Assembly (NCBI GenBank): GCA_965215005.1
Contig: CBDCCZ010000016.1
Location: 1 to 42,427, forward strand
Length of the DNA: 42,427 bases
Direction of reading: 5' to 3'
Source of the DNA: Kofleriaceae bacterium
GTDB taxonomy: Bacteria; Myxococcota_A; Polyangia; Haliangiales; Haliangiaceae
Positions 1-9,710 of the stretch are shown in pieces. The number at the start of each line of letters is the position of its first letter. The stretch's first letter is position 1. A program made the translations under genes and the position numbers. Below the pieces are notes generated by a model. It made no database searches and was not told where the DNA came from. It worked only from the letters and a program-made list of their open reading frames with translations.

Positions 1-49
1 TCGCGAGGTGACACGGGCGAGGCCGAGGCGTGGGTGCTAAGCTCGTGAG

Positions 50-964
50 GTGATGTCGCTCGATCGCGCGGCTTCTTCCCCAGCTCAGCCGTCGATCTGC
101 GAGCGCTGCCGGCGACTGGTGGAGAGCCATGAGCCCTGCTGCCATGAGCCTTTGCTTCGAAGTCTCCTGCAGCGCGGCGAGGTAGAGCAGCTGCGGCAGG
201 CGGTGTGGATCCGCTCGGCGCGGTGGGTGGCGCGCGAGCATCGCCCCGGGTGGTGGTTCATGGTAGCCGCTGTGTCACTGGCCGGTGCGCTCGTGGCACT
301 GCAGACAGGCAGTCTCGGCTTGGGGCTCATCGCCTGCGCGTTGACGCTAGGACCGCTATTCATCGTTGTCTTCGTGGCTGGCGGCTGGGGTGCGCCGCGA
401 ACCACGCTGAAGAAGCGCGTCGAGCTCGAGCTCGTGGCTGCCGAAGCCACGGAGCCGGCGATCCCACAGCAGTTGCACCTGGGGTCTGTGCGCCAAGCCC
501 ATCGCTCCGGTGCGACCCTGGTGGCCCCCCGAAGCGCTCGCCAGTGCATCGCCTATCGCCTGGAGCTCTTCGACCCCGGCGGCCGCGGCGGCGTTAGGAC
601 CCTTCTGATCATGCGCAGCGCTGGCTTCGTCGTCGAGCTCGATGCGGGCGGCTTCGTCGAGGTTCCTGCAGGTGCGGTCGAGCTGGCCGCCGCAGGCAGT
701 GAGCTGATCCACGGGCCTGAGGAAGGGGTCGAGCAGCTGCTGGCGGAGCTTCTGCCAGCTCGAGGGCGCACTCGCGACCCGATACCGTATGCCGGCAGTC
801 GCGAGCTGCGCCTCGAGCTCGGCGATCGCGTCGCTCTCGCAGGTCCGCTCCGCATTTATGAAACCGAGGCGCTAGGCAGCGCGTACCGCTCGCCCGCGAC
901 CCCTAGCTTGCGTCCTGCCGAGGGAACTCTCGTGGTTTGGCAATCGCGACCGCAGCGAGGTTGA
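50..964 (+). CDS. Hypothetical membrane protein (two TM helices, C-terminal beta-rich domain)
   Basis: 304-aa ORF with GC-rich third positions. Two hydrophobic segments (WWFMVAAVSLAGALVAL, LGLGLIACALTLGPLFIVVFVAG). Candidate -10 hexamer TAAGCT 6 nt before the GTG. Confidence 0.65.
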   Translation: MMSLDRAASSPAQPSICERCRRLVESHEPCCHEPLLRSLLQRGEVEQLRQAVWIRSARWVAREHRPGWWFMVAAVSLAGALVALQTGSLGLGLIACALTLGPLFIVVFVAGGWGAPRTTLKKRVELELVAAEATEPAIPQQLHLGSVRQAHRSGATLVAPRSARQCIAYRLELFDPGGRGGVRTLLIMRSAGFVVELDAGGFVEVPAGAVELAAAGSELIHGPEEGVEQLLAELLPARGRTRDPIPYAGSRELRLELGDRVALAGPLRIYETEALGSAYRSPATPSLRPAEGTLVVWQSRPQRG

Positions 965-1004
965 GCATCCGCGGAACCGACGCGACCCTCCGCGATGCGA
1001 CGTC

Positions 1005-2180
1005 CTACAGATCGAAGCGGTTGATGCGAAACCCATAGAGGATGCCGCGATTGGACATGACGAACAGCTCTTCGCCGTCGATGGTAGGCGCCGCAGAGAC
1101 TCCTTCACCGGGCTCGAAGTATTGCAGCACTCGTCCCGGTGCGCTTGTCGACGATGTAGAGTCCGGCGTCGCTGAGCGCGTACAGCAGGTAGTCGCCGTT
1201 CACCACGGGTGGAGCCGGCTCGCCGCCGCCGCGCGTTTCCTTGGCGCCAGAGCGTGTGACCGCTGAAATCCAGCGCGTAAATGCCCGTGTCGGCGGCGCC
1301 GACATACAGTCGCTGGTCGTCGGCCGCCAGTCCACCCGCGCCCTCGATCGCCAGGCGCCAGCGCACGAGCCCGGTGGTGGCATTCCAGGGCATGCACTCC
1401 ACCGCTCGATGAGCTCACGAAGATCGCTCCGCCCCTAGCGATGGGGGTCGCATCGACGTCGACAAAGCGCTCGGCCTCACCTTTGATCGGACGTGATCCA
1501 CGCCACCGAGCCGGTGCTCGCGCGCAACGCCACCGCGGTTCCGTCGGTGAAGCCGGTGAACACCAGGGCCATCGGCGACCGCGACGCCGGCGTGGCCGCG
1601 CAACGTGTACTCATCGGGCGTTTCTTGCTTGTACTGCCAGCGAAACGCGCCGCTGTCGGCCTCGAGTGCGTACACCTGATCCGCCTCGTTGCTGAAGTAC
1701 AGCGTGTCGTCGACCAGCGCTGGCGGCTGCAGTACCGGCCCACGGGTCACGTACCGCCAGAGAAACCGTGCCTTCCATGGCATCCAGACAGACCATGGCG
1801 CCATCGCTGGTGCCGAGGTAGAGGCGCCCCCGCTCGACCACGGGCCGCGTGGCGATCCCACCCAGTCGAGTGCGCCACAGAAGGGCACCGGTGTCGGCGT
1901 CGAGCGCGTCGAGCTCGCCGGTCGCCGAGCCGATGAACACTCGCCCGCTAGCCACTGCAGCGCTGGAGAATTCCTGTGGAATCGATTCGGTGGCCCGGTC
2001 GGCGACCGCGAACTTCCAGCGAAACGAGAGAACGGGTAGACCGAGCTCGGGTCGTCCCCCGGGATGCATCGGATCGACATCCTCGAGCGAGAGCGCGCCG
2101 CCGCAGCCGAGGCTCGAACCGACGCACGCTCCGGCCAGGAGCAAAGCAAGGAAGAATCGCTGCAACAGGAGCCTCTGCAT
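1005..2180 (-). CDS. BamB-like PQQ-type beta-propeller lipoprotein, interrupted by six +1 frameshifts
   Basis: Signal peptide with lipobox (SSLGC). Repeated propeller motifs (ALDADTGALLWR, ALEADSGAFRWQ, ALRASTGSVAW, ALDFSGHTLWR) are spread over several frames. Removing single bases near 1770, 1567, 1488, 1381, 1240 and 1134 gives one continuous frame ending ...GILYGFRINRFDL* (TAG at 1005-1007). Lies downstream of a yfgM-like gene and near der. Confidence 0.75.
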
Positions 2181-2214
2181 GAAATCGACGCCCAAGGCGC
2201 GAGTGCCGGAGAGC

Positions 2215-3053
2215 TTACGGCGCCGGCGGCGGCGCGTCCGTTTGCCGCCGGCCTGGCCGGAGCATCGAGCTGGGCCAGACGCTGGTTGATATCGGCCTCG
2301 AGGGTGGTCTCGGGGTTGACCTCGAGGGCTTGCTGAAACCTCGCAGCTGCCTCCTCGGGCTCACCAAGCCGCACTAGCATCCGCGCCCTCCTGGTACAGC
2401 GCCACGTCGCGGCGTGGGCTGTTTTCCTGAGGCGCCATACGCTGAAACGCCTCGAGCGCTTGCCGCAACGCCGCCTTTTGGGCGGCTTCGTCGGCCGCGG
2501 CTGCGGCCTTTGCCTCGTAAGCGTAGCCAATCGCTTCCAGCGCCACCGGACGCAGCGCGGCAGTGCCCCCCGCCAAGAAGGCCTCGTAGGCGGCGAGGGC
2601 ATCGTCGTAACGGTCGAGCTCCACGAGCGCCGCGGCACGCAGCAGCAGCGCCTCATCAGCAACGTTGGTATCGCCGTACTCGGCTTGCAACCGATCGAGC
2701 ACCGCCAGAGCGGCCTCTGCGCGCGCCTTCGCCGTAGCAAAGCCCTTCGGCTCGGGCAATGCCAGCTCTGCGGGCGGCTCGACTCCTTCTGGCGTGACCG
2801 GCTCGATCGGCGCGTCGAGAATGGCCATGGCCTCCGCATAAATCGTGGTAGCAGCGGCCCGTTGCCGGGTCTCATACCAGTCCCAGGTCAGGTATCCCAC
2901 CAGCGCCACCGCAGCCACGCCCGCGGCGATGGCCAAGCCAACCGCGTGGGGCTTGAGACGTTCCCCGAGCCGGCTCATCCCGGAGACAAACTCGTCCTGC
3001 ACCTCGATGGGCGCCTCGGACTTGCGGTATTTCCCTTTGTTTTTCGGGGACAC
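2215..3053 (-). CDS. YfgM-like membrane-anchored TPR protein, frameshifted near 2389 (3' end uncertain)
   Basis: N-terminal DEF motif, single TM (AVGLAIAAGVAAVALVGYL) and TPR-like helices. The C-terminal helix ARMLVRLGEPEEAAARFQQALEVNP continues in another frame after an extra G. yfgM-bamB synteny is established in Proteobacteria. Confidence 0.7.
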
Positions 3054-3250
3054 AGACTCATCCTTCCGCGCGAAGAGGATCGGCGTGCCGGTGTATCACC
3101 GGCCCCAGAGGGTGTCAATCGGGCCGCGGCTCGAGGACGTTGGAGCCTTCGCCAGGCTGCTCGGTTGCCTGGCAATCGACGTGCAGTGACGTAGAAGCGA
3201 CGCGGCGCGCCGAAGTAGCGCGCCATGCAACTTCAAGATAGGGTCGCCCG

Positions 3251-3754
3251 ATGCGCCTGCCCTCGCTGGTTCTGGCCGGTGCCCTCAGCGCCCTCGCGCT
3301 GCCGGCGGCGGCCTCCGAAGACGACTCGGCCTTATCGATCTCTCTGGGCTACGGCACCGTCAGCGTTCCGGATCATCAACTTCACGGCGGCGTCCTCGGC
3401 CTCGAGTACGAGCGCGGCATCTCGGACGTGCTGGCATGGCGCATCGCCGCCGGTGGTGGCTTTTACTATGAAGACGCTGCGGCGTGGTCGAGCCAAGGCA
3501 CTCTCGGCCTCACGTACGTGCTCGATGTCCTCAAGTACGTGCCGTACGCGATGGTGGGCGTTGGCGGTATCGTGGTCGGTGGCGGCGAGCTCGAAACTGA
3601 CGCCAGTGCGCTGATCGAGCTCGGTGGCGGGCTCGACATCCTGCACAGCCGCGAGCTCTCCTACGGCCTGCAAGTCAAGTTCGAGACCCTGCTGCAGGAG
3701 ACGTCGTTCTTCACCGCGGGCGCGCGGATTACCTGGCGATGGGGCTTCTTCTAA
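3251..3754 (+). CDS. Small outer-membrane beta-barrel protein
   Basis: Signal peptide, alternating beta-strand pattern (VPYAMVGVG, LSYGLQVKF) and C-terminal aromatic BAM-type signature ITWRWGFF. Confidence 0.75.
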   Translation: MRLPSLVLAGALSALALPAAASEDDSALSISLGYGTVSVPDHQLHGGVLGLEYERGISDVLAWRIAAGGGFYYEDAAAWSSQGTLGLTYVLDVLKYVPYAMVGVGGIVVGGGELETDASALIELGGGLDILHSRELSYGLQVKFETLLQETSFFTAGARITWRWGFF

Positions 3755-3842
3755 AGCTAAAGCGTTCGCGCGAAGGCAATCGATCCGTAGCCCTTTCCCG
3801 CATTGGCGACGAATCGTCTCATTATTAGCCCGCGGCGGCTTG

Positions 3843-5213
3843 CTAGCGTTTCCGTCGCCGCGGGCGCTTGGGCCGCCCGACTTTGGCTTTGATCAACACG
3901 CGCACCGGCGTGCCTTCGAAGCCATAGCGCGCGCGCAGCTGATTGCTGATGAAACGGCGATAGGCTTCGGAGACGCCCTCACGGCGGTTTGCCCAGAGCA
4001 AGAACGTCGGCGGTCGAGTGCGGCCCTGCGTCAAGTAGAGAATCCGCACCGGACGGCCGCGATGGACCGGCGGCGGGTGGGTCTCGCAGACCTCCGCGAA
4101 GAAGCGATTGAGCTCGGCGGTGGCAATGCGCCGGTCGTGCTCGGCAGCCACGCGATCCACGGTTTGCATCAGCTTGGCGACGCCCTCGCCGCGGAGCGCC
4201 GACATCAGCACCCGCGGCGCGTAGGACAAGAAATGCAGTACGTCGCTGGTTTGCTGCTCGACCGTGCGGCCGGCGCCGGGACCTTGCAGCAAGTCGGACT
4301 TATTGAGCGCCACCACCACCGCGCGGCCGCTCTGTTCGATCGCGCCGGCTAAGTGAGCATCTTGATCCGAGGCGCCGTCGCTAGCGTCTACGACCAGCAC
4401 CGCCACGTCGGCCCGCTCGAGCTGGGCCAGCGCCATCGACACCGCAATCTTCTCGGTCTCACCGGCGACCCGCGCACGGCGGCGGATCCCCGCGGTATCG
4501 ACCAGCACGTAGCTGCGCGAGCCGTATTCGAACGGCGTATCCACCGGATCCATGGTGGTGCCCGGCTCGTGGTGAACGAGCGAGCGCTCGACCCCGACCA
4601 AGCGATTCATCAGCGAAGACTTGCCGGCGTTGGGCTTGCCGATAAACGCGACCCGAAGCGGCTGCGCGGAACGCTCCGCAGGCTCCTCGGCGACTGCCGC
4701 AACCGGCGGCAGCCCGAGCAGCTCGAGGAGGCGCTCGAGGAGCTCGTCGACTCCCCTGCCGTGCGCCGCCGAGACCGGAAACACTTCGGCAAAGCCGAGC
4801 TGGAAAACCTCGGCGGCGAGCACCTCGCGTTTGCCGCTGTCGACCTTGTTCGCCGCGATCATCACCGATAAGCCGGTTTTACGCAGCAGCTGGGCAATGT
4901 CGCGATCGCCGGGGGTGATGCCGGCAACCGCATCGACCACGAAGATCACCGCCTGACACTCCGCGAGCGCGACGTGCGCCTGGCGGTGAATGCCGGCGCC
5001 GATGACCTCGCGCTCGGCATCGGGGTCGAGGCCTCCGGTGTCGACGACGCGCAGCGAGTGGCCGAAGTACTCGAACTCGCCATAGCGACGGTCACGGGTG
5101 AGGCCGGGGGTATCGTGAACCAGCGCCGGGCGACCGCCGACCAAGCGATTGAAGAAGGTGGACTTGCCGACGTTGGGCCGGCCGACGATGGCGATGAGGG
5201 GACCGCGGGTCAT
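3843..5213 (-). CDS. der: Ribosome biogenesis GTPase Der (EngA)
   Basis: Two G-domains ([16 protein letters not shown] and [16 protein letters not shown]) plus C-terminal KH-like domain ending FEGTPVR. Confidence 0.97.
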   Translation of the reverse strand: MTRGPLIAIVGRPNVGKSTFFNRLVGGRPALVHDTPGLTRDRRYGEFEYFGHSLRVVDTGGLDPDAEREVIGAGIHRQAHVALAECQAVIFVVDAVAGITPGDRDIAQLLRKTGLSVMIAANKVDSGKREVLAAEVFQLGFAEVFPVSAAHGRGVDELLERLLELLGLPPVAAVAEEPAERSAQPLRVAFIGKPNAGKSSLMNRLVGVERSLVHHEPGTTMDPVDTPFEYGSRSYVLVDTAGIRRRARVAGETEKIAVSMALAQLERADVAVLVVDASDGASDQDAHLAGAIEQSGRAVVVALNKSDLLQGPGAGRTVEQQTSDVLHFLSYAPRVLMSALRGEGVAKLMQTVDRVAAEHDRRIATAELNRFFAEVCETHPPPVHRGRPVRILYLTQGRTRPPTFLLWANRREGVSEAYRRFISNQLRARYGFEGTPVRVLIKAKVGRPKRPRRRKR

Positions 5214-6181
5214 CACTCGTATCCCATCCGGCGAATCCCGCCCTCGCCGCGCGACCAGTCGGTCGCGACCTTTACATAGAGCTTCACATGCACCTCACAA
5301 CCGAGAAGCTCAGCGATGGCGCGACGAGCTTGCAACCCAACCTCGCGGATGCGAGCGCCACCTTTGCCGACGACGATGCCTTTTTGCGAGTCGCGCTCGA
5401 CGAAGATCACCGCTTCGATGACGACGTCTTGTTTGTGCGGCCGTTCGGTGAAGGACTCGACTTGCACGGCCGTGGCGTACGGCACTTCCTTGCCGAGCTG
5501 GCGAAACAGCTGCTCGCGAATCAGCTCCGCAGCGAGAAACTGCTCGGCGCGGTCGGTCACCATGTCATCGGGGAACAGCTGGGGCCCTTCCGGCAAACGC
5601 GCGGCGATGGCAGCGACTAGCTGCTCGAGCCCCTCCCCCTTCATGGCGCTCACCGGAACGATGTCGCCAAACCGATCATCGCCGCCATACGCGGCAATAA
5701 TAGGCAGGATCTCGGCTTTGTCGGCGAGGCGATCGATCTTGTTGATGGCTAGCAGCGCAGGCGAGGACAGCCGCGAGAGAGACTCGGCCAAGGCGCCGTT
5801 TTCATGGGCAGCGAGCCGAGCCGGAGTCCGCTGCGCAGAATCGGTGGCATCGATGAGCACCAACGCGACATCGCTATCGGCGGCGGCGGCGAGCGCTTGC
5901 TCGCGCATGTAACGGCGCAGCGGCCCCTTGCCTCGCTGCAGCCCCGGAGTGTCGACGAAGACGATTTGCGCGCGCGCAGCGGCTCCATCGGCGGCCGCCA
6001 GAGCGGTGTTATGAACGCCCACGATGCGGTTGCGGGTGGTCTGCGGCTTGTTCGAAACCGCCACCAGGCGCACACCCAGGATGCGGTTCATCAGGGTCGA
6101 CTTGCCGACGTTTGGCAAGCCCAGGATCGCGCAGAAGCCCGAAATGAGGCCGGTGCTCTGGCCGGATTGGGCATCGTGCAT
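5213..6181 (-). CDS. era: GTPase Era
   Basis: [19 protein letters not shown] and NKID motifs; KH domain [11 protein letters not shown]; stop overlaps der start region. Confidence 0.97.
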   Translation of the reverse strand: MHDAQSGQSTGLISGFCAILGLPNVGKSTLMNRILGVRLVAVSNKPQTTRNRIVGVHNTALAAADGAAARAQIVFVDTPGLQRGKGPLRRYMREQALAAAADSDVALVLIDATDSAQRTPARLAAHENGALAESLSRLSSPALLAINKIDRLADKAEILPIIAAYGGDDRFGDIVPVSAMKGEGLEQLVAAIAARLPEGPQLFPDDMVTDRAEQFLAAELIREQLFRQLGKEVPYATAVQVESFTERPHKQDVVIEAVIFVERDSQKGIVVGKGGARIREVGLQARRAIAELLGCEVHVKLYVKVATDWSRGEGGIRRMGYE

Positions 6182-6267
6182 TGGCAGGCATATACAGCTT
6201 GCTCGCCGGCGCTGCAAGCGCAAGCGGGTCTGTCAAAGGTGGGTCGACCGTCCGCGAACGGCTGCTT

Positions 6268-6540
6268 TCAGCCCACCAGCGCCCGAAGCCGCGCCAGCGC
6301 CGCCAGCGCCAGGCCGTAGCGCGCGCCCGCCATGGCGACGGCGATGGTGCCAACCGCAATCGCGCCGGCACCCGCGAGGCGCTGGCTCGGACGGGCCGCG
6401 CGACTGCGATACACGAGGACGCCGAGGCCGAGACCGGCGATACCGAGCCCGAGCCCAAGCAGCATCCCAGGCGGCGGCGCCGCGGCCCCGACCAGTGCCA
6501 CGAGCGACATTAGCAGCGCTGCAGTGCCCCCAGAAGTCAT
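6268..6540 (-). CDS. Small multi-TM hypothetical protein
   Basis: 90-aa hydrophobic ORF whose ATG overlaps the upstream TGA (ATGA at 6537-6540). Confidence 0.65.
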   Translation of the reverse strand: MTSGGTAALLMSLVALVGAAAPPPGMLLGLGLGIAGLGLGVLVYRSRAARPSQRLAGAGAIAVGTIAVAMAGARYGLALAALARLRALVG

Positions 6541-8231
6541 GCAAGGAAGAGCAGCGCAGCAGCGATGACCGCGGCGAGCAGCAGCAAGATGACGAGGCCG
6601 CGCACGACCGCCCAACGGTGGACGCTGCGGGCCAGCTCATCGAGCTCCAGCGCGCGCCGCTCGAGCGTTGCGATGGTGACCTCGCGCTCGCCGATCGCCG
6701 CCATTCGCGCCGCGAGTGCCTCAGGCCGCTCGACGCACAACGCTTCGCCGAGCTCGGCAAGGGCGGTCGCGCGCTCGCGATCGATGCGCGCCGTCGCCCG
6801 CGCCTCGACTACGTTTCGCGCCTCGATGGCGGCGATGCGCTCGCGGGTGGCTTCGGCGCCTTCGACTTCGGCCGCTGCAAGCTCGCCGAGCTCCTCGAGA
6901 GCCTCTTGCCGCGCCGCGGTCAACCCGGCGATGGTGGGCTCGAGGCTATCGAGCTCGGCGGCAATCGCCGGCTCGTCGGCAACCACCGCCTGCCGCTCGG
7001 CGCGCAGCGCGGCGAGCTCCGCCTGCACCGCGGCCGGCTCTTTCTTTGCCGCGCCGCGCTCAACGTGACCTATCTTGCGATCGAGCGTCGCCACGTGCGT
7101 CCCCAGCACGGCCGCCCGTCGGCGAATGCGAGCGGCGCGTTTCTCGAGCGGCATCAACCGCTCACGCAGCTCGCTGAGCTCGCGCTCGCGAGCGTCGCGC
7201 TGCTTGGCGTGACTCTCGGCCTCCTCTTGGCGCTCGCGCCGAACCGCGCGAATCTCGGCGTCGGCCGCGGCCATCGCTCCGGCGCGCTGCGAGCGCCGCT
7301 CCTCGATATCCCCGAGCTGCTCGCGGGCGCTCTCGAGGCAGGGCAGCGTGAGCGAGGCATCCGCCGCCGCCTGCCGCGCCAGCTCGACGAGCTTCTCGCT
7401 GCGCTCGCGGCGAATGGCTTCGAGCTGGCGGCGCACGTCGCGGAGGGCGCGCCGCGCCCGGGCTGCGCCGAAGGTCGAGGTGAACACGTACGCCACGTCG
7501 CCCACAGGACCGCGCCGACGCGGCAGGGTGAGCGGCGCGCGCAACACTCTGGCGGTGCCGGTGCCCTTGCCGACCGCGGCGCGCTCGACCGAGGGCGGCG
7601 TCATGACGGTGGCATCGGCTTCGCGCATGCCGGTGCCAGCGATGGTCAATTCGGCAGCGCCCCCGGAGTCGGTTGCCGCGGCAACGCCGCTGGGCTCGAC
7701 ATCGCTTGCCCCGCCAGCGCGCGGCACAGCACCAAGAGGCTCAGCCACCGACGACTCCTCGAGCTCCCAATCATTGGACAGCAGCTCGTCCAGCGGCTCA
7801 GACGACTCCGCCAGCGGTTCCAATTTCAGCTCAGGAAGGTCAAACAGCCGCATCTCGCTCGCCACGGAGCGGTCGACACCCGAGACTTCCGCGCGCTCCG
7901 CCGCAGGCCGCTTCTTGGGCGGAGCCGCTGCCGCGTCGTGCTGCCGGGCGGCGGGAATCGTCGGCCCTTCCTGCGGCCATGCCGGCTCGGCCCGCGGATG
8001 CCGGCGGTTGCCCCCGCTTCGCGACGGTGAGCCTGGGGGCGGCGGCGGTCGCGGCCCCGGAAGCGGCGACCCCTCGCCCACCTCCCGCGCTCCCACCCGT
8101 TCCGCGGCGCGCTCCTCCGGCGGACGTGGCGCCGGCAGCCCGGGGCGCGCCCAACCGTCGGAGAGCTCGCTGATTCGCGCGCGCGTCTCGTCGCCTACGC
8201 GACGCCGATCCCGTCCGCCCGAACCAGCCAT
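6537..8231 (-). CDS. Hypothetical protein: disordered Pro/acidic N-terminus, long coiled coil, C-terminal TM anchor
   Basis: Heptad-rich E/R/A/L region and terminal hydrophobic helix (GLVILLLLAAVIAAALLFLA); translationally coupled to the next gene. Confidence 0.7.
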   Translation of the reverse strand: MAGSGGRDRRRVGDETRARISELSDGWARPGLPAPRPPEERAAERVGAREVGEGSPLPGPRPPPPPGSPSRSGGNRRHPRAEPAWPQEGPTIPAARQHDAAAAPPKKRPAAERAEVSGVDRSVASEMRLFDLPELKLEPLAESSEPLDELLSNDWELEESSVAEPLGAVPRAGGASDVEPSGVAAATDSGGAAELTIAGTGMREADATVMTPPSVERAAVGKGTGTARVLRAPLTLPRRRGPVGDVAYVFTSTFGAARARRALRDVRRQLEAIRRERSEKLVELARQAAADASLTLPCLESAREQLGDIEERRSQRAGAMAAADAEIRAVRRERQEEAESHAKQRDARERELSELRERLMPLEKRAARIRRRAAVLGTHVATLDRKIGHVERGAAKKEPAAVQAELAALRAERQAVVADEPAIAAELDSLEPTIAGLTAARQEALEELGELAAAEVEGAEATRERIAAIEARNVVEARATARIDRERATALAELGEALCVERPEALAARMAAIGEREVTIATLERRALELDELARSVHRWAVVRGLVILLLLAAVIAAALLFLA

Positions 8232-8307
8232 TGGGCGGCAACGTATCACACGCTCGGGCTAGCGGCTCGTCTCCCCATGCTCGCCCCAGGCCCCGCACGG
8301 GCGCCAC

Positions 8308-9249
8308 TCACGGCGGCGAAGCGGGAGACAGGCGCGCAAGAGCGCTGGCGGCGTGGGCGCGCACCGCCTCGTCGGGGTGACCGCTGGCCACGAACTCGAG
8401 ATATTGCCGCGCGTCGTTGCCGCCGAGGGTCCCCACCGCCTCGACGACAGCCCGCATCAGCTCGAGATCGTCAAATCGCGCCTTCTTGACCAGCGGGTCG
8501 ACGGCATCGGCGCCGCCCAGCACCATCAGAGTACCGACCGCGCGCAACCGCACCGGGTCGGGCCGGTCGATGAGCGCGAGCACCTCGTCACGAGCGGCGA
8601 GGAGACGGCGCTCGGCGATCACGTCGAGCGCGAAATCGACGACATCGGGTTCGCGATGTGTGAGCGCGGCGCGGGCCGCCGAATCGGGGCCGCTGCGAAT
8701 CGCCTCCTTCGTGATGAGGCCCTCGCCGACCTTTAGCACCGCCGCGCCGACGTGACCGGCGACCAATCGATCGAGCTCCGCTGCGGCGAGGTCATCGCCC
8801 GCCGGGATGACTCGTTCTGCCACGAGGTTCTCACTCGGTGCCAAGGCGACGGAGTCATCCGCCCAGTCGATGCGGCTCTCGACGGCGGCGACCACCGCGC
8901 GGCGGCCGCCGTCCTCGACGACATCGTAGGTAACCACGACCTCGAGATCCGCGTGGCGCCCGACGACGTCGGCTGGTACCTGCTGCGCATCGGCGTAGAA
9001 CCAGCCACTATCTCGCAGCGAGCGACCCAGCTCTTGCGCGATGATCCGCGGGTACAGCTCGTGAGGGTGCGCCGGGTCGACGCTCTTGATGGCGATCTGG
9101 TCCAGGACGATGCGCTGCGGGCGCAGGTCGGCTCCGGCATCGCGGGCGCGGATAATGGTCGGCTCGTGCTTGGGCGCCGGCTCCTGGCGCTGCCCCTTGC
9201 AGGCCACGAGCACCAACAGCGCCGACACCACGCTCTTGGCCGCGCTCAT
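8308..9249 (-). CDS. Lipoprotein with C-terminal HEAT repeats
   Basis: Lipobox LVAC; HEAT-like repeats (PDPVRLRAVGTL, HPDEAVRAHAASALARL); ATG overlaps the GNAT stop. Confidence 0.8.
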   Translation of the reverse strand: MSAAKSVVSALLVLVACKGQRQEPAPKHEPTIIRARDAGADLRPQRIVLDQIAIKSVDPAHPHELYPRIIAQELGRSLRDSGWFYADAQQVPADVVGRHADLEVVVTYDVVEDGGRRAVVAAVESRIDWADDSVALAPSENLVAERVIPAGDDLAAAELDRLVAGHVGAAVLKVGEGLITKEAIRSGPDSAARAALTHREPDVVDFALDVIAERRLLAARDEVLALIDRPDPVRLRAVGTLMVLGGADAVDPLVKKARFDDLELMRAVVEAVGTLGGNDARQYLEFVASGHPDEAVRAHAASALARLSPASPP

Positions 9250-9710
9250 AGAGGCTTATAGTAAGTGATGAGCGCGTCGCCGACGCGATAGAAATCCGGG
9301 AGCCGCCCTGCTTCTGGATAGCCGAGACGTTGGTACAGACGACGCGCCGCCCCGTAGCCTTCGAGCTCGGAGGTTTCGACGCGCACGTGACAGGCTCCCA
9401 GTTCCCGCAGTCGCTCCTCCATGGCGCCGATGAGCCTTGCGGCCACGCCTTGGCGGCGATGCGCCGCGTGAACCACGACCCAGTACAGATCGTAGACCGC
9501 GGCCGTCATCGGCGTGGGTCCAAAGCAGACGTAGCCGGCAACGGTGCCGCCAACGTCGGCTACCAGCAGCCAATAGCTGTCCGAGCTCGCAATCGCTGCC
9601 TCGATGAGCTCGAGCGCCACCTCTACTTCGTCGGGGCCAAAGCTCTGGTCGGAGCGCAGCGCCGCCTCCAGGCCGTCGCGATCCTGCTCGATTGGCTCAC
9701 GAATGTTCAT
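9246..9710 (-). CDS. GNAT family N-acetyltransferase
   Basis: GYVCFGPTPMT, YDLYW, motif A RRQGVA, LYQRLGY; GGAGG RBS before the ATG at 9710; overlaps the ligase stop. Confidence 0.9.
   Translation of the reverse strand: MNIREPIEQDRDGLEAALRSDQSFGPDEVEVALELIEAAIASSDSYWLLVADVGGTVAGYVCFGPTPMTAAVYDLYWVVVHAAHRRQGVAARLIGAMEERLRELGACHVRVETSELEGYGAARRLYQRLGYPEAGRLPDFYRVGDALITYYKPL

Noticed and set aside
1005..2180. Programmed frameshifting or phase variation in the bamB-like gene
   Set aside because: Six independent shifts with no slippery heptamers or long homopolymers fit sequencing error far better.
3170..3185. TGGCAATCGACGTGCA as a sigma54 promoter for the beta-barrel gene
   Set aside because: GG/GC spacing is right but the -12 box is GTGC, and a -10 hexamer 6 nt before the ATG explains the gene equally well; too weak to call.
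6024..8030. Long antisense or alternate-frame ORFs (e.g. 6024-8030 +, 9604-11166 +, 12038-13432 +, 18827-20365 +)
   Set aside because: They are shadow ORFs expected in high-GC DNA opposite well-supported genes, Arg/Pro/Ala-rich and without domain motifs.
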